64,000 nt of DNA from Vicinamibacteria bacterium (GTDB lineage Bacteria; Acidobacteriota; Vicinamibacteria; Marinacidobacterales; Marinacidobacteraceae): assembly GCA_965215615.1 (NCBI GenBank), contig OZ244068.1:1852369-1916368 (forward strand). Reading direction: 5' to 3'. Both the position numbers and the translations under genes were made by a program. Below are positions 56,481 through 64,000 of this stretch, in pieces. The stretch's first letter is position 1. Each line of letters begins with the position of its first letter. The notes beneath the pieces were generated by a model. It was not told where the DNA came from. It did no database searches and was given only the letters and a program-made list of their open reading frames with translations.

Positions 56481-56893
56481 CTCCAGGCTGGTCCGTGAGC
56501 CCGTCCACCCTGCGACTCGGAACCGGGCTCGCTCTCGGCACCGGCATCGGGATCGCGCTCTGGGGCGCTCTCGTCGAGCAATCGGGCGGGCGCGCGGTGG
56601 CAGAAACAGCGTTCGGGGTGGCGCTCGCCATGTTCGTCGCCTTTCCGGTCTGGGTCGCGGTGGGCCGCTGGATTCGCCCCTGGGCCACCTCCGGGTTCTT
56701 CCGCCAACTTGCTTTCGGAACCGTTCTCGGGATCGCGTTCATCGCGCTGCTCAGCCTGGCCACCTCGGTTCTGACCGGACGAATCGGTCCGGAATCGGGA
56801 ATCCTGGCTGGCCTGCTCTTCCCGTTCCTTCTCGGTGTCTGGAACGCTGCGCTTTTGGGGATTGGTATGGGGATCGGCTCGGCCAAATCCTGA
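56477..56893 (+). CDS. Small four-TM membrane protein
   Basis: TTG start overlaps the upstream TGA; GGAGG RBS; four hydrophobic Gly-rich segments. Confidence 0.7.
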   Translation: MTPGWSVSPSTLRLGTGLALGTGIGIALWGALVEQSGGRAVAETAFGVALAMFVAFPVWVAVGRWIRPWATSGFFRQLAFGTVLGIAFIALLSLATSVLTGRIGPESGILAGLLFPFLLGVWNAALLGIGMGIGSAKS

Positions 56894-56970
56894 CGCACCG
56901 AAGCTCGAGTATCCGCGGATCGGGGTTCCGACGCTGATAAGCTCCCCGCGGTCGGGGTCGAGGCACCGCT

Positions 56971-57052
<82 letters not shown>

Positions 57053-57093
57053 GCCGGACCCTTCCCTCTCTACTTCCCGTACAAGGCGATCCG

Positions 57094-58440
57094 ATGACCC
57101 GCAAGAAGGCACCGGAGCTTCCCGAAATCCCCGGTCTCGAAGTGGAGCTGGTCGAGGAAGGCCAAAGCCACCGCGACTTCCGGGTGACCATCCCCGCCGA
57201 GGCGCGTGAGAAGGCGGTCCGCAGCCGGCTCGGGAAAATCCGCCGCGAAGTCACGATCCGCGGATTCCGCAAGGGCAAGGCTCCGTGGTCGGTGATCGAG
57301 AGCCGCTACGCCGACGAGGCGCGCGAGGACGCAGCCACCGATCTCCTCCGGAGTGCGGGAGTCGCGTGCGTCGAGCGATTCGAGCTTCGCCCGGTGGCCC
57401 CGGTCACCGCCCGGGTCGAAAAAGGCGAACCCGGCGAGCCGCTGGTCGGCCGGGTGGAGGTGAGCGTCCACCCCAAGCTCGATCCCATCCGCTTCGACGG
57501 AATCAAGGTGGAAGCGGTGCACTCCCCGGTCACCGAGTCGGACATCGGCCGGGTTCTCGAAAACATCCGGCGGGAGGTCGCGCCACTCGGGCCGGTCGGG
57601 CCGCGCGGACTCGCCGACGGGGACGTGGCGGAAGGCGAACTGGAAGAGACCGAGCTGGACGAGGACGGCAACCCGCGCCACCGCACTCCGCCCCGGAAGA
57701 CCTCGAAGGTCCGGCTCGGGATCGGCGAGAACCACTACCACCCGGCGATGCAGGAGGCTCTTCAGGGGGCCCAGGCCGGCGAGACGGTGTCCGCCACCGT
57801 CCGCTTCGATGCCGGAATCCCTGACCAGGAGCGCGCCGGCCGGACCTTTTCGGCCCGCTACACGGTGACCGAGGCGCTCTCTCCGGTTCTGCCCCCGCTC
57901 GACGATGCTTTCGCGCAGAAGATCGGCAAGGACTCACTCCTCGCGCTGCGGGGAGACATCCGCGACGGGCTGCGCGAGGAGCATCAGCGCCGGGATGAAC
58001 GCGAACTCGATTCCCGCATCCTCGCCGGGCTCCGGGAGAAGAATCCGGTGGTGCCGCCTCCCGGAGTGGTCCGGCAAGGGCTCGAAAACGAGCTGCGGCG
58101 CTTCGCCGGCCAGCTCGTCGAGGCAGGAAGGGATCTCGCTCAAAGCCGGGAAGCTCTCGGCGAGATGCGGGAGCGCCTCGAACCGCGCGTCGAAAGGGAC
58201 CTCGCCTACGGAATCCTGCTGGACCTCCTCGCCGAACAGCAGGAGATCGAAGCTCCCGCCGAAGAACTCGAAGCCGCCATCACCGCCGCCGCCCGCGAAC
58301 GGGACGAAGCCCCGGCCGTGGTCCGGGCGCAGCTCGAAAAGGATGGCGGGCTGCTCCACATGAAGCTCCTCCTCCGGCGGGCCGCTGCCCGCCGCTTCCT
58401 GCGCGAACGCGCCGAGATCACCGAAACCGGAGAAGCCTGA
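57094..58440 (+). CDS. tig: Trigger factor
   Basis: GFRKGKAP ribosome-binding motif, LPPLDDAFA; upstream of clpPX. Confidence 0.92.
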   Translation: MTRKKAPELPEIPGLEVELVEEGQSHRDFRVTIPAEAREKAVRSRLGKIRREVTIRGFRKGKAPWSVIESRYADEAREDAATDLLRSAGVACVERFELRPVAPVTARVEKGEPGEPLVGRVEVSVHPKLDPIRFDGIKVEAVHSPVTESDIGRVLENIRREVAPLGPVGPRGLADGDVAEGELEETELDEDGNPRHRTPPRKTSKVRLGIGENHYHPAMQEALQGAQAGETVSATVRFDAGIPDQERAGRTFSARYTVTEALSPVLPPLDDAFAQKIGKDSLLALRGDIRDGLREEHQRRDERELDSRILAGLREKNPVVPPPGVVRQGLENELRRFAGQLVEAGRDLAQSREALGEMRERLEPRVERDLAYGILLDLLAEQQEIEAPAEELEAAITAAARERDEAPAVVRAQLEKDGGLLHMKLLLRRAAARRFLRERAEITETGEA

Positions 58441-58442
58441 CC

Positions 58443-59036
58443 ATGCCGAACAACCTTCTCATCCCCTACGTCATCGAACAGACCGGACGCGGAGAGCGTT
58501 CCTACGACATCTACTCCCGGCTGCTCAAGGACAACATCATCTTCATCGGCGACCAGATCGACGATGCCCTCGCCAACCTGGTGGTGGCCCAGCTCCTGTT
58601 TCTCGAGGCCGAGGATCCGGAAAAGGAGGTCTCGATCTACCTCAACTGCCCGGGCGGATCGGTCACCGCCGGCCTCGCCATCTACGACACCCTGCGCTTC
58701 ATCCGGCCCGATGTCACGACCTACTGCCTCGGCCAGGCTTCGAGCATGGGAGCGGTCCTGCTGGCGGCCGGTGCTCCGGGCAAGCGCCACGCCCTTCCGA
58801 ACGCGACGATCATGATCCACCAGCCGCTCGGTGGCGCTCAGGGGACCGCTGCCGACATCGAAATCCGGGCGAAGGAAATCGTCCGGGTCCGGGCGCGGCT
58901 GACCGAAATCCTCGCGCGCCACACCGGGCGTTCTCCGGAAGAAATCGCCCGCGACATCGATCGCGATAATTTCATGACCGCAGAAGAGGCGAAAGAGTAC
59001 GGAATCGTGGACAACGTCATCAGCCGTCGCGCCTGA
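58443..59036 (+). CDS. clpP: ATP-dependent Clp protease proteolytic subunit
   Basis: [29 protein letters not shown]. Confidence 0.97.
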   Translation: MPNNLLIPYVIEQTGRGERSYDIYSRLLKDNIIFIGDQIDDALANLVVAQLLFLEAEDPEKEVSIYLNCPGGSVTAGLAIYDTLRFIRPDVTTYCLGQASSMGAVLLAAGAPGKRHALPNATIMIHQPLGGAQGTAADIEIRAKEIVRVRARLTEILARHTGRSPEEIARDIDRDNFMTAEEAKEYGIVDNVISRRA

Positions 59037-59111
59037 AGCACCGGGCCGGTGGCCTAGAATCGTGGCGGCGAGTGGCCCGGGCGGCCGTCGCGCCATCAAA
59101 GGAGTTCGTGT

Positions 59112-60377
59112 TTGCCAGTTCAGGGAAAGGGTGGGAGAAGCTCGAGTAACCGCCTCGTCTGCTCGTTCTGCCGCAAGTCACAGGCCGAAGTCGGCAGACT
59201 GATCGCCGGCCCGGATCGCATCTGCATCTGCAGCGAGTGCGTTGCGATCTGCAACGACATCATCGCGGAAAAAGCGAAGCCGGAAGAGCAGAAGCGCCGC
59301 CGGCCGGCTCCGACTCCCAAAGACATCAAGGCGCGTCTCGACGAGTACGTGGTCGGCCAGGACGAAGCCAAACGCAAGCTGGCAGTGGCGGTCCACAACC
59401 ACCGGAAGCGGGTCCGACGGGCTGCCTCGAGGAAAGCCGGCCAGGACGAGGTCGAGCTCGGCAAGAGCAACGTCCTGCTGATGGGTGCCACCGGCACCGG
59501 CAAGACCCTGCTGGCCCAGACCCTCGCCCGCATCCTCGATGTCCCGTTCACCATCGTGGACGCGACCACCCTCACCGAAGCGGGCTACGTCGGCGAGGAC
59601 GTGGAAAACGTCATCCTCAAGCTCCTGCAGGCCGCCGACGGCGACATCGCCCGCGCCCAGCAAGGCATCATCTACGTGGACGAGATCGACAAGATCTGCC
59701 GCAAGAGCGAGAACCCTTCGATCACCCGGGATGTCTCGGGAGAGGGGGTCCAGCAGGCGCTCCTGAAGATCGTGGAGGGGACGGTCGCGAGCGTTCCTCC
59801 GCAGGGAGGCCGCAAGCACCCCCACCAGGAATTCCACCAGGTGGACACGAGCAACATCCTCTTCATCTGCGGCGGCGCGTTCGTCGGACTCGAACAGATC
59901 ATCGAGCGACGGGTCGGCAAGAAAGCCCTCGGCTTCGGTGCCGAAGTCCCCGAAAGCTCCGAAGAGCGGCGTCAGGCCACGCTCCGCCACCAGCAGCCAG
60001 AAGATCTGATCCGCTACGGCCTCATCCCCGAGTTCGTGGGGCGGCTCCCGGTGGTCGCAAGCCTCGACGAGCTGTCCCGGAAAGAACTCGTCCAGGTGAT
60101 GACCGAGCCCAGGAACGCCATCGTCCGGCAATACCAGGCGCTTCTCGGAGAGGAGGGTGTCGAATGCACCTTCACCGACGAAGCCCTCTCCACCATCGCC
60201 CGGCTGGCGCGCGAGCGGAAGATCGGAGCCCGCGGCCTCCGGATGATCGTCGAGGAGCTGATGCTCGACCTGATGTACGACCTGCCGTCGAACAAGCAGG
60301 TGCGCGAGGTCGTGATCACTCCGGATTTCGCAACCGGCTCCGCCACCCCGGTGCTCGTGCTCAAGAAAGCCGGGTAA
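59112..60377 (+). CDS. clpX: ATP-dependent Clp protease ATP-binding subunit
   Basis: CSFC...CSEC Zn domain, [37 protein letters not shown]. Confidence 0.97.
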   Translation: MPVQGKGGRSSSNRLVCSFCRKSQAEVGRLIAGPDRICICSECVAICNDIIAEKAKPEEQKRRRPAPTPKDIKARLDEYVVGQDEAKRKLAVAVHNHRKRVRRAASRKAGQDEVELGKSNVLLMGATGTGKTLLAQTLARILDVPFTIVDATTLTEAGYVGEDVENVILKLLQAADGDIARAQQGIIYVDEIDKICRKSENPSITRDVSGEGVQQALLKIVEGTVASVPPQGGRKHPHQEFHQVDTSNILFICGGAFVGLEQIIERRVGKKALGFGAEVPESSEERRQATLRHQQPEDLIRYGLIPEFVGRLPVVASLDELSRKELVQVMTEPRNAIVRQYQALLGEEGVECTFTDEALSTIARLARERKIGARGLRMIVEELMLDLMYDLPSNKQVREVVITPDFATGSATPVLVLKKAG

Positions 60378-60426
60378 CGAAAACGCAACCCGCGGGGCGC
60401 GGTGGCCCCGCCCCCGTCCGTGAACC

Positions 60427-61047
60427 ATGACCAACCGGAAGCAGACTGCCTCCCTGCTCACGAGCGCCGCCGGCCCGGAGGGATTCCCCCGCCCCACGCT
60501 CCCGGAAGTGGCCTTCGTGGGTCGCTCGAACGTCGGGAAGTCCACGCTCCTCAACCACCTGGTGGGCCGGCCGGGGCTCGCACGGGTTTCCCGAACCCCC
60601 GGACGGACCCGCCTCGTCCACTTCTTCGAAGTCGAAGGCTCGCATCGGCTCGTGGATTTGCCGGGATACGGGTTCGCGGCGGTTCCCGAGTCGGTGCGCG
60701 CGGGCTGGGAGCGGCTCGTCCTCTCCTATCTGATCGGCCGCAACGATCTGGTGCTGAGCCTGCTGCTCGTGGACCTGCGCCGCGATCCGGTGGCCCTCGA
60801 CCAGGAGGCGCTCGCCCTGCTGGTCCGAAGCGGCCACCCGGTGGCGGTCGTGGCGACCAAGGCCGACAAGCTCGGAATCGGCGAGGCGAAGAACAGGCTC
60901 CGGAAGCTCCGGACCGCTTACGGCAGCGAGGGGGAGCGGCCGGTCATCGCCTGGTCCGCGATGGCCCCGGCCCGCCACCCGGTCTCGGGCAACGGGCTCC
61001 ATGAAATCCGGCGGCTGATCGGGATGAAGGTGGCAGAGTGGTCCTGA
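60427..61047 (+). CDS. engB: GTP-binding protein EngB/YihA
   Basis: GRSNVGKS, SRTPGRT, DLPGYG, TKADK. Confidence 0.93.
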   Translation: MTNRKQTASLLTSAAGPEGFPRPTLPEVAFVGRSNVGKSTLLNHLVGRPGLARVSRTPGRTRLVHFFEVEGSHRLVDLPGYGFAAVPESVRAGWERLVLSYLIGRNDLVLSLLLVDLRRDPVALDQEALALLVRSGHPVAVVATKADKLGIGEAKNRLRKLRTAYGSEGERPVIAWSAMAPARHPVSGNGLHEIRRLIGMKVAEWS

Positions 61048-62417
61048 GAAGCGGCCCCGGGAGGCCCCGCTGGCGGCGGCGCAAGGTCTTCCGCTCCGGG
61101 CCACGGGTACTCGAGAGATCCGCCCCCCCGGCACCGGAAGATCTGAACACCGCCGAACTCGCGACCCGGACGCTGGCCGAGCTTTCGGAACTCGGCGAGC
61201 AGCTCGACATCGAAGCCCCGGATGCCTACCCCCGCGCCGAACTCATCCACCGCATCCTGAGCGCCCACTCCTCGCGGGGTGGAAAGGCCTTCGCGCGCGG
61301 GGCGTTCTACCGGCTCGTCGAGGGGTTCGGATTCCTGCGCCCGCCCATCCGCTCCTACCTTCCGGGGCCGAACGACGTGTACGTCTCGGCGGCCCAGATC
61401 CGGCGGTTCGGGCTCCGGGACGGCGACATGCTCTCCGGCGAGATCCGGCAGCCGCGGCCCGGCGAACGCTATTTCGGGCTCGCCGACCTTCTCGAAGTGA
61501 ACGGCGCTCCGGCGACACCTCACCCGGAGCGGGTGGATTTCGAGAGCCTGGTAGCTCTCCACCCCGACCGGATGATCCGGCTGGAGAACGACTCCGACGA
61601 CCTGGCCGCCCGGATCGTGGATCTGGTGGCCCCGATCGGGGTGGGGCAGCGCGGGCTGATCGTCGCGCCCCCGCGGGCCGGCAAGACGATGATGCTCCAG
61701 GCGATCGCGGGCGCCATCCGGCGGAATCATCCGGAGTTTCTGGTCTTCGTGCTGCTCGTGGACGAGCGCCCGGAGGAAGTCACCGACATGCTCCGCCATG
61801 TGAAGACAGATGGGGGGACAGAAGTGCTGAGCTCCACCTTCGACGAGCGGGGCAGCCGGCACATCCAGGTCGCCGAGTCGCTGCTCGCCCGCGCCCGGCG
61901 TCAGGTGGAGCTCGGCAAGGACGTGGTCATCCTGCTGGACTCGCTGACCCGGCTGGCCCGCGCCTACAACCACAGCGCCGCCGCCTCCGAGGGCCGCCTG
62001 CTCTCCGGAGGGATGGACGCAAACGCCATCCAGCATCCCAAGCGCTTCTTCGGGGCGGCGCGGAACATCGAGAACGGGGGCAGCCTCACCATCCTCGCCA
62101 CCGCGCTCGTGGACACCGGAAGCCGGCTCGACGATCTGGTCTATGAAGAGTTCAAGGGCACCGGGAACCTCGAGATCCACCTGAGCCAGGAACTCCTCGA
62201 AAAGCGGCTCTTCCCGGCGATCGATCTCCACCAGAGCGGAACCCGTCGCGAAGAGCTGCTGCTGACTCCGGAGGAGCACAGCCGGATGACGGTGCTGCGC
62301 CGGGTTCTCGCGGAGATGGAGCCGGTGGACGCGATGACGCTGATGATCGAGCGGATGCGCGCCACCCGGTCGAACGCGCACTTTCTCGAGTCCATGCTGG
62401 ACGAGAGTCCGGAGTGA
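61038..62417 (+). CDS. rho: Transcription termination factor Rho
   Basis: [61 protein letters not shown]. Confidence 0.96.
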   Translation: MVLRSGPGRPRWRRRKVFRSGPRVLERSAPPAPEDLNTAELATRTLAELSELGEQLDIEAPDAYPRAELIHRILSAHSSRGGKAFARGAFYRLVEGFGFLRPPIRSYLPGPNDVYVSAAQIRRFGLRDGDMLSGEIRQPRPGERYFGLADLLEVNGAPATPHPERVDFESLVALHPDRMIRLENDSDDLAARIVDLVAPIGVGQRGLIVAPPRAGKTMMLQAIAGAIRRNHPEFLVFVLLVDERPEEVTDMLRHVKTDGGTEVLSSTFDERGSRHIQVAESLLARARRQVELGKDVVILLDSLTRLARAYNHSAAASEGRLLSGGMDANAIQHPKRFFGAARNIENGGSLTILATALVDTGSRLDDLVYEEFKGTGNLEIHLSQELLEKRLFPAIDLHQSGTRREELLLTPEEHSRMTVLRRVLAEMEPVDAMTLMIERMRATRSNAHFLESMLDESPE

Positions 62418-62438
62418 AATTGCTAAAATCCTCTTCTC

Positions 62439-62669
62439 ATGCGCACAGGCATCCACCCCGAATACAACGACATCCAGGTCAGTTGCGCCTGCGGCGAGAG
62501 CTTTTCGACGCGCTCGACCCGGAAAAGCGATCTGCGCCTCGAAATCTGCTCGAAGTGTCATCCCTTCTTCACCGGAAAGCAGCGGATCGTGGACTCGACC
62601 GGACGGGTGGAGCGGTTCCGTCAGAAGTACGGGCAGGTTCGTTCGCGCCGCGCATCCCGGCAGCAGTAA
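62439..62669 (+). CDS. rpmE: 50S ribosomal protein L31 (Zn-binding form)
   Basis: [27 protein letters not shown]. Confidence 0.97.
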   Translation: MRTGIHPEYNDIQVSCACGESFSTRSTRKSDLRLEICSKCHPFFTGKQRIVDSTGRVERFRQKYGQVRSRRASRQQ

Positions 62670-62708
62670 CCGCCGCCTGAGGCCGCTCCGCCGGGGCGGG
62701 TGTCCACC

Positions 62709-63806
62709 ATGAGCGAAAAAGCACCGGCCGGCTCCTTCGAGTCCTCGCTGCGAGCCGCGAAAGAGCGGTTCGAAGAGCTCACCGAGGCACTTCAGGATCC
62801 GGCGACCCACTCCGATCCGAACCGGCTGCGCGAGGTTTCCTCGGCCCACGCCGCCCTCGAGCCGCTGCTCGAAGCGGATGCCCGCCGAATCGCCCTCGAG
62901 GAGCGCGACCGAAGCGCCCGCGCCATGCGCGAGGATCCGGACCTCGGGCTTCGGGAGCTGGCCGAAGAGGAACTGGCCGAAGTCGCCGCCGGGTTGCGAC
63001 AGACCGAAGAGGACATCCGCAGAATGCTCCTTCCGCGGGATCCGAACGACCAGCGGAACGTGCTGCTCGAAGTGCGGGCCGGAACCGGGGGAGAAGAGGC
63101 GGCGCTCTTCGCGCGGGACATCTTCCGGATGTACGAGCAGTACAGCCGGAACCTCGGTTACCGGGTGGATGTGGTCTCGCGCCAGGACTCCCAGGTCGGC
63201 GGGGTCAAGGAAATCGTGGCGGTGGTCGAGGGGCGCGGTGCCTTCAGCCAGCTCAAGTACGAGAGCGGTGTCCACCGGGTGCAGCGGGTTCCCGCCACCG
63301 AGGCCTCCGGGCGCATCCACACCTCGGCGGTGACGGTCGCCGTCCTGCCGGAGGCGGAGGACGTGGAAGTCCGCATCGAACCGAAGGATCTGCGCATCGA
63401 CACGTTCTGTTCTTCGGGGCCGGGCGGCCAGAGCGTGAACACCACCTATTCGGCGGTGCGGATCACCCATCTCCCCACCGGCCTCGTGGTGAGCTGCCAG
63501 GACGAGAAATCCCAGATCAAGAACAAGGCCAAGGCGCTCCGGGTGCTCAAGGCGCGCCTTCTCGATCAGGCGCAGCAGGAACAGCAGGCGCGGGTGGCCG
63601 AAGTCCGGCGCGGCCAGGTGGGCCGGGGCGACCGCAGCGAGAAAATCCGCACCTACAACTTCAAGGAAAACCGGGTTACCGACCACCGGATCCCGCTGAC
63701 CCTGCACGCTCTCCCGGCGGTGCTCGGCGGCGGACTCGATGCCCTGGTGACCCCGCTCCGAAGCCACGAACAGGCCGAACAACTGCGCGCCCAGGCCGCC
63801 GGTTGA
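62709..63806 (+). CDS. prfA: Peptide chain release factor 1
   Basis: GTGGEEA, ESGVHRVQRVPAT (PAT anticodon mimic), GGQ, RTYN. Confidence 0.97.
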   Translation: MSEKAPAGSFESSLRAAKERFEELTEALQDPATHSDPNRLREVSSAHAALEPLLEADARRIALEERDRSARAMREDPDLGLRELAEEELAEVAAGLRQTEEDIRRMLLPRDPNDQRNVLLEVRAGTGGEEAALFARDIFRMYEQYSRNLGYRVDVVSRQDSQVGGVKEIVAVVEGRGAFSQLKYESGVHRVQRVPATEASGRIHTSAVTVAVLPEAEDVEVRIEPKDLRIDTFCSSGPGGQSVNTTYSAVRITHLPTGLVVSCQDEKSQIKNKAKALRVLKARLLDQAQQEQQARVAEVRRGQVGRGDRSEKIRTYNFKENRVTDHRIPLTLHALPAVLGGGLDALVTPLRSHEQAEQLRAQAAG

Positions 63807-64000
63807 CCGTCTGGGAGGCTCTCCGCGCCGCGGGAATCCCGTCGGACGAAGCGGAGCTCCTGCTGCGAACGGTCACCGGGTGGACCGCGGCGGAGGCCGT
63901 CGCCCGGCGCGGCGAACCGCTGCCGGCTCCGGCATTGCGGGCGTTCTCCCGTCTTTGTCAGACGCGCGCCAGCGGCGTTCCCGTCCAGCACCTCGGCGGG
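63803..64000 (+). CDS. prmC: Release factor glutamine methyltransferase (N-terminal part)
   Basis: Hand translation from TTG: DEAELLL...TRASGVPVQHLGG matches the PrmC N-terminus; follows prfA. Confidence 0.8.
   Translation, partial: MTVWEALRAAGIPSDEAELLLRTVTGWTAAEAVARRGEPLPAPALRAFSRLCQTRASGVPVQHLGG

Noticed and set aside
50409-56970. Prophage or integrative element at tRNA-Leu
   Set aside because: No integrase, no duplicated tRNA 3' end that I could find, and no phage or conjugation genes; treated as a static islet.

Overview
GC-rich bacterial chromosome segment, mostly housekeeping genes. The GWxTD protein and overall gene content suggest an Acidobacteriota-like diderm; this is inference, not a database result. 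Core genes: rsgA, hflX, mltG, rnpB (RNase P RNA), pheA, a polyprenyl synthase, tatD, larC, a Fur regulator, radC, selB, apaH, ppx, phoBR-like, rnr, two tRNA-Leu and tig-clpP-clpX-engB-rho-rpmE-prfA-prmC. Accessory modules: (i) a matrixin locus; (ii) a defence islet at 10.3-14.8 kb with a 112-bp inverted-repeat element, an antitoxin-like ORF, a type IIG-like R-M enzyme and an internally deleted zeta-like ATPase; (iii) an aconitase X / cyclodeaminase / proline dehydrogenase cluster, probably for hydroxyproline catabolism; (iv) comEA-pseudopilin with a sigma-54-like promoter and a 14-bp VNTR that displaces the pilin stop codon; (v) tandem Uma2 nucleases with about 99% identical cores and divergent tails; (vi) a TonB receptor-lipoprotein operon with PHO-box-like repeats; (vii) an islet between the two tRNA-Leu genes with a multi-domain McrB/McrC pair and an extra sigma-70 factor facing a three-gene operon. 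That operon encodes a secreted 10-cysteine peptide with perfectly palindromic Cys spacing, which is the best candidate here for an undescribed system. All calls rest on motifs read by eye; no searches were run, and several start codons are uncertain.
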